Assembly (NCBI GenBank): GCA_951406725.2
Contig: OX597815.1
Coordinates: 191,394,001 to 191,458,000 of the forward strand
Direction: 5' to 3'
Source: Octopus vulgaris
Lineage: Eukaryota
DNA length: 64,000 nucleotides
Of this stretch, positions 1-11,495 are shown one piece after another. Both the position numbers and the translations under genes were made by a program. The notes below the pieces were generated by a model. That model was not told the origin of the DNA, searched no databases, and was given only the letters and a program-made list of their open reading frames with translations. Every line of letters begins with the position of its first letter. Within the stretch, counting starts at the first letter, position 1.

Positions 1-366
1 GCAAAAAAAGGTTGCCCTAGAAATGATCAAGGATGACAGATATTTAGCAGTTTTTGCTACTCAATGGTGTTGTGTACTTACCTCACCCCTGAAACGAATT
101 TGGAATACCCAGTAGAAGAATTATCTTTTATTTGTTTCAGTCATTAGATTGTGGCCATACTGGGGCACCACCTTGTTTATAAGATATGTCTGTCTTGTAA
201 GAAATCTAAATAACTTGATGGTCTTTGGGATCATGCTGAAGATTTAAATTTTTTTTGATTAAATGTTGTTTTTTGGTACATCTTTTCTTTTTCTTTTTTT
301 TTTTTTTGTTTTGGTTATGGTAATAGACATCACAAATTCATAATTGAAATTCCTTATCATTCGCAG

Positions 367-454
367 AAATTTAAAAGGCTGGAAAAGAAGACAGATGATT
401 TATTGAATAAACATTCAAAACCAAAAGCCAAAACTTCAGAAGATGACAAGAAAG
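367..454 (+). CDS. FAM204A: FAM204A-like, first coding exon visible in window (KFKRLEKKTDDLLNKHSKPKAKTSEDDKK)
   Basis: cag| acceptor at 365-366, open frame, GT donor at 455; phase 1 matches the next exon; no start codon, so upstream exon(s) are presumably outside the window. Confidence 0.7.
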
Positions 455-564
455 GTGAAGTTCTGCTTTTCAAATTTGATCAGTGAAATAGTTTTCAAAA
501 TATTTTTAGCTTCTTTTTATGTTTTGTTTTCAAAATTTTATTTTATTTTTTTACTTTAATTTAG

Positions 565-673
565 AGGATGGAAGTGAAAAGCTCCCGGATTCTTCCATTA
601 CTTCTCAGAAAAATGTAAATTCTCTTGAAGAAAAACCTTCAACTGATAATGAAGAAATTCAAAACTGTAAAAC
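565..673 (+). CDS. FAM204A: FAM204A-like exon (EDGSEKLPDSSITSQK...EIQNCKT)
   Basis: Polypyrimidine tract + tag| at 563-564; gtaagt donor at 674; phase 1 in and phase 2 out, consistent with both neighbours. Confidence 0.75.
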
Positions 674-728
674 GTAAGTTTACTTAATAATTTTTCTACA
701 TATGTTTTTTTTTTCATCTGTGAACATA

Positions 729-1823
729 TTAGGTTGTTTCACATGAAATGTCGCATTTCTAATTACCTGTTATTTCAGCAATTTAAAAACTCAATTACAT
801 ATACCTTGCATTTAATCTTGATTTTTTTTCTTTCCCAACAATATTGCTATACAAAATTTGTACCCAGAGACCTTATGAAAATGATAACAACCAAACCATG
901 TTGAGTGATTTTCTCGTATGAATACAAACTGGGTCACTCTGCCACAGAAGCTTTATGGAATATCAAGTGGGACTTTGGTAATGGTTTTGTTAACATCAGA
1001 ACTGTTCAGAGATGGTTCCAAAGCTCTCATTCAGGTGAGATACCCTTGAAAATAAACCAAGGGTTAGGCCAAAAGCAGTTATTCAGCATGATGGATTAAA
1101 TGCTTTGGTTGAACAAAATCCGAGAACAAAGGTTTGAGAACTTTCACCAGAACTCCAAACATCTTACACAACTGTTTTTGGACACCTGTAAAAAATTGGA
1201 AAAGTCAAGAAAATCGATAAGTTTGTTCCACATCAATTGAACAAGATTCAAAAAAACAGATGCCTTGAAGTGTGCTCCTTATTGTTTTCTTAACTGGAAA
1301 AAGACCATTTTTGCATCAAATCATTACTTGTGATGAGAAATGGATACTCTTTGACAACAGCAGGAAAACAGGACAGTGATTAGATGCAGGAGAGTCACCT
1401 AAACACTACCCAAACCATAAAAAGTTAGTGGTCACTGTATGGTGGTCTGCAAAAGGAGTTATTCATTATTCATTTTTGCAACAAGGAAAAACAGTAACAG
1501 CAACCTCATATTGCCAGGAAATTGATTGCATGCATGAGAATTTGAAAAAGAAGCCACCCAGACTAGTGAATAGAGATGGCCTAGTTTTGCTCCACGACAA
1601 AGCATGTCCTCACACTCCTCAAGCTATGGTCTAAAAGTTGCAAAGCCTGAATTATGAGATTTTGCAACATCCTCCCTATTCCCCTGATATCTCTCCTCAT
1701 TGCTTATTTAAGCATTTTGAGCTTTTCATAAGCAATAAGACATTCTTAAATAGAGGAGAGGTAATTGAAGCATTTTATTGTTATCTTTTAAATAAATACG
1801 ACATTTCATGTGAAACAGCCTAA
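729..1823 (+). mobile_element. Decayed mariner (D,D34D-type) DNA transposon in a FAM204A intron
   Basis: 30-bp TIRs TTAGGTTGTTTCACATGAAATGTCGCATTT (729-758) / AAATACGACATTTCATGTGAAACAGCCTAA (1794-1823), 2 mismatches, TA on both sides; transposase remnants FVPHQL, TCDEKW, LLHDKA, HPPYSPDISP broken by stops and frameshifts. Confidence 0.92.
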
Positions 1824-1861
1824 TATTTTTCTCTTGATAAATGAGCACAGGGCCTCATATG

Positions 1862-1917
<56 letters not shown>

Positions 1918-2612
1918 CATAGGAATGGAAACAAATATCTGAAAATTACACAGGCAGCAATTCCATTCATTTTCTTTCTATAGGTTTGCCTTTTGTAGCA
2001 ATAGTTGCCTCTTATTTATATTTAAACTTCTTTAAAAGTTACATTATACAATATACAGTCACAGCATTTAAGATTTGTTTGAATAAAAATAGAGGTGATA
2101 TTGAATTTTCCTTGCGGGTTCATAAAATATTTTTTAAGATTATTTCAAAATTTCTTCAACCAAGTAGACTTGAGATAAAAGAAAACCATGGTTGCCTCTT
2201 AATCAAAACATTGGACCATCAAAAAACTAGACTGTGTTTATTTCTAGTTAATCCAGTGCTTCTACTCAAATATAAAGCAGATGTGAAATAAATCCCAATA
2301 AGTTTCTCAGAGAAAATTGAAGCTAATACAGAAATGACTTATTCGGTGATTCCATTCCTTCCTTGTTTCAATCTAGGTGGATTGAAACATTGACAATAAA
2401 ATAGTTTTCTTTGAGATACAACTTACTATAGATGATGGATTATGAACCATTGGCATACAGCTAACTTACCTGCTGACCTCTTCAACTGATATTCCTGAAG
2501 TTTTCACATTCTCTGGATGTAAGTTTGATGTCATATACTCGAAAACATAGTCAAATATTCTCTTCTTCACTCATAATTGTATCTGTATTTTGTTTCAATT
2601 TTGTTTCCCCAG

Positions 2613-2811
2613 ATCAAACTCTGATGATGCTGACTGTGAGCATGAATGGAAGGATTTAAAACAATATCTCGATGTGAACAGTCATTTACAATACAACCCT
2701 GTTTCCACATCAGCTCCTAAATCTGGTTTGGAGAAGCAAATTAATGAAGCTATAGCAAAAGGAGATTTTGAAACAGCAGAAACTCTCAGTGACAGATTAG
2801 CAAAAAGGGAG
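2613..2811 (+). CDS. FAM204A: FAM204A-like exon (SNSDDADCEHEWKDLKQYL...KSGLEKQINEAIAKGDFETAETLSDRLAKRE)
   Basis: ttccccag| acceptor, gtaatt donor at 2812; KSGLEK..AE.LS..LA.RE resembles the conserved FAM204A C-terminal region as recalled. Confidence 0.9.
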
Positions 2812-2919
2812 GTAATTATCTTAGACTTTGATGTTTTAATTCAATGTTATTTGATCACTGGTACAAATCTTGGGTTAGTAAACTAAGAACCAGGCCTGTA
2901 GTAGATATTCCGTGTAAAT

Positions 2920-3790
2920 CAGTGGTTCTCAACCAGGGTCCCATATGACCATCAGGGGTCCTCATGACATTTGAGAGTCTGTTTAAAATTTTTTTTGTTT
3001 TTGTTAAAAATAATATGCAATAAATTGGTTATAATTGGTTCCCGTGCTGGTGGCACGTAAAAAACAATCCCCTACACCCTCGGAGTGGTTGGTGTTAGGA
3101 AGAGCATCCAGCTGTAGAAACCTTGCCAGAACAGATTGGAGCCTGGTACGTGGCTGTGTGGTAAGTAGCTTGCTAACCAATCACATGGTTCCGGGTTCAG
3201 TCCCACTGCATGGCATCTTGGGCAAGTGTCTTCTGCTATAGCCCCAAGCCGACCAAAGCCTTGTGAGTGGATTTGGTAGATGGAAACTGAAAGAAGCCTG
3301 TCGTATATATGTATATACATATATATATATGTATGTGTGTGTCTGTGTTTGTCCCTCTAGCATTGCTTGACAACCAATGCTGGTGTGTTTACGTCCCCGT
3401 CACTTAGCGGTTCGGCAAAAGAGACCGATAGAATAAGTACTGGGCTTACGAAGAATAGGTCCCGGGGTCGATTTGCTCGACTAAAGGTGGTGCTCCAGCA
3501 TGGCCACAGTCAAATGACTGAAACAAGTAAAAGAGAGAGTCTCCTGGCTTGCCAGTCCTCAGTCAAACCATCCAACCCATGCCAGCATGGAAAGCGGATG
3601 TTAAACAGTGATGATGATGACGATAATGATGAATACACAAAACATTTTAACAAATTTTTATACAACATCTCATAATATTTAATTGTAAAAATATAAGAGG
3701 AATTTTTTAAACATTGAATTACTCTTAGGATCCACATAAGTAAAATTGGAAGCAAATAGTCCATATGTAAAAAATGGTTAAGAACCACTT
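2920..3790. mobile_element. hAT-like MITE interrupted by an RTE 3' end and a tRNA-SINE
   Basis: Ends CAGTGGTTCTCAACC / GGTTAAGAACCACT; flanks gtgtaaat vs atgtaaag (6/8 match, 8-bp TSD-like); nested repeats at about 3036-3630. Confidence 0.55.
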
Positions 3791-3856
3791 ATGTAAAGGA
3801 AACCAAATATATTTACAAATCATGATCTAATCTTACTATTCTTTTTTCCTTTGCAG

Positions 3857-3913
3857 TTTGCTGTAAAAATTACAGGTTCTTTTGAAGCCCGGGAATACTT
3901 AAAACGGAAAAAG
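3857..3913 (+). CDS. FAM204A: FAM204A-like exon (FAVKITGSFEAREYLKRKK)
   Basis: ttgcag| acceptor, gtaact donor at 3914, 57 nt, phase 0/0. Confidence 0.9.
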
Positions 3914-4261
3914 GTAACTAGACTCTTCTGTAGTTCTATATTTAAGAGATGAGGAATTATGTACATTATTTACATTTGACTGATATTTGTCCTCATCTTG
4001 TTTGTTGCTGACACAACGTTTTGGCTGATATACCCTCCACCCTTCATCAGGTGACTTGGGGAAATTTCGAACCTGGGTTCTCGTTGTTGTTACTGTTGCT
4101 GTTCAGGTCACTGCCAGGAATCAAACTCGGAATTTTGGGATTAGTAGCCTGAGCTCTTAACCATTTGCCCACGGGCATATAGTGTAGTGGTTAAGAGCGC
4201 GGGCTACTAACCCTAAATCCCAAGTTCGATTCCAGGCATTGACCTGAATAATGATAATAAT

Positions 4262-4746
4262 AATTAATTCTTTTATTGGCCACAAGGGCTGACAAAAACT
4301 AATTATAACATAAAGGGACAAAACACAAGACGAAAGGTTACAAAGGGTTTTGTCCGTTTGTAAAAAACCGTGTAAAAACAATGTAACAACGAAAAATTAT
4401 AACAATGAAAAACTCCCAATAGGGGGAGGCGTTACGAAAGGTTCCTTGTGGAAAAACCCATAAAAGCCACGGGAGCCTGGTCAAAAGGTGGGTAGAGAGC
4501 CCCTTTCTCCTTTTGTAATACCTTTTTAATCACAGGTGTATCCTCTGAATGGCTCCTTTCATACTGGCCATTCTTGCGACATTTATCCACCTCTCACTAA
4601 ACTTGCTATCGTACAACACTTCCCTCTCTACTCTCACCTTCCTTTTCAAGTGGAACTCGAAAAAGTTGATGAGGCCTGGGCCAAAGAGGAAAGTGTCTGA
4701 CCTAAGCCCTTTCAAACGGGTCCACCATACCACCTCTTTCGCTACA
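4262..4746 (-). mobile_element. 5'-truncated LINE 3' end (L1/Tx1-like) inserted in (AAT)n
   Basis: Minus-strand ORF end AKEVVWWTR...FSERWINVA...IHL* followed by a T-rich 3' UTR; (AAT)n on both sides; the same 3' end recurs at about 27798-27897. Confidence 0.6.
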
Positions 4747-4780
<34 letters not shown>

Positions 4781-4829
4781 TAACGACGACCACCTTAGGA
4801 ATGAGAACCCAGGTTCGAAATTTCCCCAA

Positions 4830-4875
4830 GACACCTGATGACGGCTGGAGGGAATATCAGCCGAAACGTTGTGTC
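4830..4875 (+). ncRNA. Minimal type I hammerhead ribozyme
   Basis: GACAC-CTGATGA-c-GGCTG(gagggaatat)CAGCC-GAA-ACGT-T-GTGTC: stem I GACAC/GTGTC, stem II GGCTG/CAGCC, palindromic ACGT stem III, intact core. Confidence 0.8.
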
Positions 4876-5477
4876 AACAACAAACAAGATGAGGACAAAT
4901 ATCCGTCGAATGTAAATAATGTAGACTCTTCTATTTACTTATTTTCAATTTCTTAGTATTCTTAATATACATGGTTCTGGCACAGGTGCTTTTTATGTGG
5001 CACCAGTATCCATATAATATATCCCTGCTATGAACTGACTCTGTATCACTGACTTTATTCCTTCCCCACAAAATTTGTGTCTTTGAATCTTTGTTAAAAA
5101 ATCAATATTCCCCAGAAGAGAGAAGAAACTAGAGAAGGAGTGTTAATGACTCAAGTCTACCACTCAGTTCTTCTTCCCAGTTGTTGTGATTTCATCTTTT
5201 TTTTTATTTTCCTTATGCAATTGAACAAAGCATGAGCGTCACATCACCTCATTCCTGTCTTCCCCGTGTATTCTGAGATCTTGTATTACAATAAGAATTC
5301 AGTGTTATCACAAAGTGCTCTTAGTATTATTGGACTGCAAGGGAATTCCAGTTACCTGTTGGAAGATGTTTTTTGGTACCTTTTGAGAATTACAAGAAAA
5401 GAAACAAATGTCTTTAGAAATAGCATTAATTACATAAATGCCCCATTTCTGTTTTCATCATAACTATAAGGTTTTGT

Positions 5478-6229
5478 GTGGAGGTGCATGGCTTAGTGGT
5501 TAGGGTGTCGGCATCATGATCATAAGATTGTGGTTTCGATACCTGGATCGGTCGACGCGTTGTGTTCTTGAGCAAAGCACTTCATTTAACGTTGCTCCAG
5601 TCCACTCAGCTGGCAAAAATGAGTAACGCTGCGATGGACTGACGTCCCATCCAGCTGGAAAACACATACACCATAGAAACCAGGAAACCGGGCCCATGAC
5701 CCTGGCTAGGCTTTAAAAGGGCGCTAGTGGAGGCATGTGGATTAGTGGTTAGGGTGTCGGCATCATGATCGTAAGATTGTGGTTTCGATTCCTGGACCAG
5801 GCGACGCATTGTGTCCTTGAGCAAAACACTTCATTTCACGTTGCTCCAGTCAACTCAGCTGGCAAAAATGAGTAATGCTGCGATGGACTGACGTCCCGTC
5901 CCGTCCAGCTGGTGAACAAATACGCCATTGAAACCGGGCCCATGAGCCTGGCTAGGCTTTAAGAGGGTGTTAGTGGAGGTACGTGGCTTAGTGATTAGGG
6001 TGTCAGCATCATGATTGTAAGATTATGGTTTTGATTCCTGGACCGGGCGACGCGTTATGTTCTTGAGCAAACCACTTCATTTCATGTTGCTCCAGTCCAC
6101 TCAGCTGGAAAAAATGAGTAACGCTGCAATGGACTGGTGTCCCGTCCAGCTGGGGAACACATACGCCATAGAAACCGAGAAACCGGGCTCATGAGCCTGG
6201 TTAGGCTTTAAAAGGGCACTTTTATTTAT
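5478..6229 (+). mobile_element. Head-to-tail trimer of a ~248-bp tRNA-derived SINE with CORE-like and V-like domains
   Basis: Units start at 5478, 5727 and 5973; A box TGGCTTAGTGG, B box GTTTCGATTCC; 13-bp TSD TATAAGGTTTTGT at 5465-5477 and 6230-6242. Confidence 0.85.
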
Positions 6230-6299
6230 TATAAGGTTTTGTATCTCAGAAATCGACATTTTTGTCTAGTAAAATTTTTTTTCATTTCTATTTTTTTAG

Positions 6300-6349
6300 G
6301 ATGAGGAAATGACTGTCAAAGCTAAGAAAAAGAAGAAGCTGCACTGGGG
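6300..6349 (+). CDS. FAM204A: FAM204A-like exon (DEEMTVKAKKKKKLHWG)
   Basis: ttttttag| acceptor, gtaaga donor at 6350; KKKKLxWG motif of FAM204A. Confidence 0.9.
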
Positions 6350-7222
6350 GTAAGAATTTTGCATTATTAGAAATACGATCGTCTTTAATTTGGTTATGAA
6401 GCTAGAAGCTTTGAGGGGAGGGGTTAGTTGATACCATTGACTCCAGTAGTTGCCTGGTGGCTCTGTGGTAAGTAGCTTGCTTACCAACCACATGGTTCTG
6501 GGTTCAGTCCTACTACGTGGCACCTTGGGCAAATGTCTTCTACTATAGCATCAGGCCCACCAAGGCCTTGTGAGTGGATTTGGTAGGCGGAAACTGAAAG
6601 AAGACTGCCGTATATATATATGTATGTGTGTGTTTGTATATGTTTGTGTGTCTGTGTTTGTCCCCACAACATCACTTGACAACCGATGGCATGGCTGCAG
6701 TCAAATGACTGAAACAAGTAAAGGAGTAATGGCTTCAGATTTTGGCACAAGGCCTGCAATTTTGGGGGAGGGGGTAAGTGGATTACCTCGGCTACAGTGC
6801 TCAACTGATACTTAGATAATATTCTTTACTACTCTAGGCACAAGGCCTGAAATTTTAGGGGAGGTGGCCAGTCGATTAGATCAACTCCAGTACACAACTG
6901 GTACTTAATTTATCGACCTCAAAAGGATGAAAGGCAAAGTCAACCTCTGATACTGAAGTAATGAAAACGTGTCAGTGACACGTAAAAGCACCAACCGATT
7001 GTGGCCGTTTGCCAGCCCCCCATGGTCCCTATGCCGGTGGCACGTAAAAAGCACCCACAACACTCACGGAGTGGTTGGTGTTAGGAAGGGCATCCAGCTG
7101 TAGAAACACTGCCAGATCAGACTGGAGCCTGGTGCAGCCTCCTGGCTTCCCTGACCCCGGTCAAACCGTCCAACCCATGCTAGCATGGAAAACGGACGTT
7201 AAACGATGATGATGATGATGAA

Positions 7223-7346
7223 ATGGAACTTGGTCAGAATTTCTAACCATAGGCTCATAGAATTAGAGGATAAGTGGTCAAGTATGGAACTTGGTCAGAA
7301 TTTCTGACCATAGGCTCATAGAATTAGAGGATAAGTGGTCAAGTAT
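7223..7346. repeat. 61-bp direct tandem duplication
   Basis: ATGGAACTTGGTCAGAATTTCT...GGTCAAGT at 7223 and 7284, one mismatch. Confidence 0.9.
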
Positions 7347-7828
7347 CACGCAGTCCTGTGGACACTTTGCGTATTCTCAGGCAGAGTCATATGAGACAGT
7401 ATGGGACAAAGCTGGACCTTTGAATTACTGATACAAGCCATCCTATGGGCTCCCGAACACTTTTTGTTGAAAGATTGTTGGAAGCTGTTTAATATTGTTG
7501 AGTGATTCTAAGGCTGTGAGCTGGTGGAGCCATTAGCACACCAGGCAAATTGCATTGCAGCATTTTGTCCATTCTTCCAAGGTTGACTTTATCTTTCATC
7601 CTTTTGGGGTTGATAAATTAAGTACAAGTTTAGTACTGGGGCCAAGGTAATCAACTTATGACATCATCATCATCATCGTTTAATGTCCGCTTTCCATGCT
7701 GGCATGGGTTGGACGATTTAACTAAGGTCTGGCAAACCAGATGGCTGCACCAGGTTCCAATCTGATCTGGCAGAGATTCTACAACTGGATGCCCTTTCTA
7801 ACGCCAACCACTCCAAGAGTGTAGTGGG

Positions 7829-8028
7829 GCTGTCCAAGAATTTGGACCTGGAGATCTCCATTTCCAGCGACTTCGACGGCCACCTCCCAGTAGTGTCGGG
7901 TGTCAACGAAGAGCCCTCAACTACAAGACAACCAAAGTTTTTTTTCTCAAGATCTGGGGTCTCCTGCCCCTAAGCCCTAGACCATCACCTAATCACCCTT
8001 ACCTGTCTTGTTGCTTAACAACTATAAC
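7829..8028 (+). mobile_element. ~200-bp non-tRNA retroposon with (AAC)-type tail inserted in an RTE 3' end
   Basis: 13-bp TSD AGAGTGTAGTGGG (7816-7828, 8029-8041); same element at 16149-16365 with its own TSD AGCACCCAYGACT. Confidence 0.8.
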
Positions 8029-9010
8029 AGAGTGTAGTGGGTGCTTTTACGTGCCACTGGCACTAGGGCCAGTGAGGCAGTACTGGCAACGGCTATGCTC
8101 AAGTGGTGTTTTTTACGTGCCACCGGCACAAGTACCAGTAAGGTGACGCTGGTAACAATCACGTTTGAATGGTGCTTTTTACGTGCCACCAGCACGGAAG
8201 CCAGTCAGTTGCTCTGGCAGCGATCATGCTCAGATGGTGCTCTTAATGCTCCGCTGGCAAGGGTGCTTCTCGGAATTGCTGGCCTTGTGCCAAAATTTGA
8301 AACCAATATTGTGGAGTGATTGTAAAAGGTAAACTGAAGGATGTATGAAAGTTTTGGCATGTCAATTATCAATTCTTTTTTTTCCTTTAGATATTAGCTC
8401 ATTTTTGCCAGGGAGCAGTGTAACTGATTTATTCAACCCTAGTTAATTGAGGGGAAGGGTTAGTTGATACCAGTGTAATTAATTTATTCAACCCTAGTGT
8501 ATTTTTACTTATTCTAATGTCCCTGGAGAAATGAAAAGTGATGGGATTTCAGTTTGTAACTTAAAGGTGTGGAATTAAATGTTGCAAAACATTTTAGCAA
8601 TGCATCTGTTAAGGAATTCGCTGATATTAAATCATTCAAAACAAATGTTTACTTCATTTTTGTGTTTGGTTTACAAGATTCTTGATGTGAATTTGTGTCT
8701 TGGGAGGGTCATTGCACCAATAACATACTCACTTGTGCAATATCACTTCATTATTGTTAGTCAGTTGGTTAAATATCTAACCAACAAAACTAATCAATTG
8801 TTTGTTTAACCAACACATTAAACAAACAATTGATTTGTATGTTGATTAAATATTTAACTGATTGTTTAAAAATAAAGAAGTGATATTTAACCAGTGCATG
8901 TGTTATTGGTATAATGACCCTCCTAAAACACCAAGTGTTTATTTTTTTTTGTTTTTGTTTTATTCATGTCAATATGTATATAATTTGAGTTTTTCTCTTT
9001 TTTTTTATAG

Positions 9011-9053
9011 ATTTGAACACAAACAACGTTGGGAAATGAAGGGAAATATGTGA
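9011..9053 (+). CDS. FAM204A: FAM204A-like terminal coding exon (FEHKQRWEMKGNM*)
   Basis: tttttatag| acceptor, phase 2 completes WG; FE.K.RWE.K.NM matches the FAM204A C-terminus; TGA at 9051-9053. Confidence 0.92.
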
Positions 9054-10287
9054 CTGTACTTTGTTTTTTTTATTCCAAGAATATCTTAAAGAATGGAATG
9101 TGATTTATGAGTACTGAATGTACTCTTAAATAAGCATGTCTTCTATCACTGAGATGAGGAGAAAGATGACTTCATGAAAACATAAACCTATGATAGGAAA
9201 TTATTTCAGAATTCATGAAAATCTAAGCCTTGTATAACAGCTATATAACATCATCATTATCAACTTTATATCATAGGCTGTTTGGGTAACTCTGAAGACC
9301 AACAAATTCACGTTTTCCATTTCTTATAATTTTTCTCTATTTTTGAGACTTGGTGAAGTTCATGTTATCCTAATGTTGAAGCTATCTTCCATCCTTCCCT
9401 CTTCTCATCTCCCCTACTTCATTCTGGAATTATTCCTTACAAGATGCTTTTTTTTAGCAAGACATACCAACATGTTCCCATACCGCGTCAGTTTTGTCTC
9501 TTCGTGATGCTCATCAGGTTGTTGTTTAATCCAGTGACTTCACAGCGATCCCTTTTTTCTTTTTTCAGCTTCCCTATTGAAGACAGAGTCACAAATAAGA
9601 TGCAGAGAGCATCACAATTACAACTTTTCTGCCCTGTCCTATTTTAGGCCAGTTGAGTAAGTTGTTCACATTGTGCAAATCTCCAGGGTCTTGTGAGTAA
9701 CATGGTAACCCCACTAGCACTGGTGCCATGAAAAAAGGGCCCAGTGCACTCTGTGAATCAAGTAGAGGCGACACAAGGTTGAGAGAATGTTGCCTGGAGT
9801 AAGACACTTCATATAGTGCTGGTGCCAGGATAACATGTACCCATATATAGGGGCATAGCTGGGTGTAACTGGCACCCAGGGCTAGTACCAAAATTGCACC
9901 CACCCCCACTCTCACCAAAAAGTGGGTCATTGCATGCATTTTGTGAGCTCAAGTAAAAACACCTATTCTGTCTAGTAGCGTGGATGGTGATAAACAAAAC
10001 AAACCATGACTGACAATATAAAAAAAAAATTTTTTGAATGGCTTAATTAGAAAATGATCTTGGCGAAAATTATGCCCCCTTCAAAGTGGCATCCAGGATA
10101 TGTGGCCTGCATATGATTGTCATTTGCTGGAGATTGGAGATAATATCATTGGCATTAGAATTTTGGATGAATAAGTTAAGAAAAATGTTCCATTGTCTTA
10201 TAATAGCTTCCCTTGATGTAAAGGATGTTTCCCTATTGTTTGAGTGTAAAGCAGCTTTAGAACCACTCACATTTGTTTGTATATATT

Positions 10288-10293
10288 AATAAA
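10288..10293 (+). promoter_or_regulatory. Candidate polyadenylation signal of FAM204A
   Basis: AATAAA about 1.2 kb after the stop, followed by T/GT-rich sequence and then repeats. Confidence 0.35.
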
Positions 10294-11495
10294 ATTGAAT
10301 TGAATATATCATTTAATGATTAAATTATTTAATTGTTCAATTTATTGTTTTGGTTTCCATTTCTAATTTATATGTATATATAAACACACGCACACATATA
10401 TATACATATATATTTATATATATCATCATCATCATCATCATCATTTAGCGTCCGCTTTCCATGCTAGCATGGGTTGGACGGTTCAACTGGGGTCTGTGAA
10501 GCTGGAAGGCTTTGTCAGGCCCAGTCAGATCTGGCAGTGTTTCTATGGCTGGATGCCCTTCCTAACGCCAACCACTCCGTGAGTGTAGTGGGTGTTTTTT
10601 ACGTGCCACCTGCACAGGTGCCAGACAGAGCTGGCAAATGGCCACGAACGGATGGTGCTTTTACGTGTCACCGGCAACGGACACGAACGGATGGTGCTTT
10701 TACGTGCCACCGACACGGGGCCAGATAGAGCTGGCAAACGGCCACGAACGGACGGTGCTTTTACGTGTCACCGGCACGGGGGCCAGGCAAGGCTGGCAAC
10801 CGACACAAACGTATGGTGCTTTTACGTGCCACCGACACGGGGACAGACAGAGCTGGCATATATATATATGCTGAGACCCCCTTCGGTCATGAATGACCAT
10901 GGATTGCACCTAGAAAGTTATCCTCCCAGGCACAAGTCCGGGCAAGTTTGTTTATGGAAAACCAGCAGTCGCCCATGCATACCAGCTTCCCCTCTCCATA
11001 CCACTGATGTTATCCAAGGGAAAGGCAAAGGCTGATACAGCTTGGCACCTGTGACATCGCAACTCATTTCCACAGCTGAGTGAACTGGAAGAACGTGAAA
11101 TTAAGTGTCTTGCTCAAGAACACAACATGCAGCCCGGTCCAGAATTCGAACTCACAACCTCATGATCGTAAGCTCGACGCTCTAACCACTGAGCCATACG
11201 CCTTCACTATATATATGTATATATATATATATGTATGTATGTATGTATATTTGGCTGCTATTCTATGTAGGTTGAGCAACAATGCAGATATTCTTTGTGC
11301 CCTTGTAACATTGATTTCAAATTTTGGTACAAGACCAGCAATTTCAAAGGAGGAGGTAAGTTGATTACATCAACCCCAGTATTCTTTTGGTACTTATTTT
11401 ATTGACCCTGAAAGGATGAAAGGCAAAGTAAACCTCAGTGGAATTTGAACTGAGAATGTAAAGATGGATGATAGGCCCTGGTTATATTAATTTAA

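Larger units (their letters stand above)
3930..4921. mobile_element. Head-to-head inverted pair of a tRNA-headed retroposon with a Penelope-like hammerhead tail, with a LINE fragment nested inside
   Basis: Arms 3962-4082 and about 4803-4923 are reverse complements; inverted tRNA-like heads meet at about 4166-4177; TAGACTCTTCT direct repeat at 3919-3929 and 4922-4932. Confidence 0.8.

Noticed and set aside
905-1823. Active or domesticated mariner transposase
   Set aside because: Multiple stops, frameshifts and an internal deletion
4172-4245. Functional tRNA gene
   Set aside because: The acceptor stem does not pair cleanly and the sequence is the head of a repeat unit; the same applies to other SINE heads
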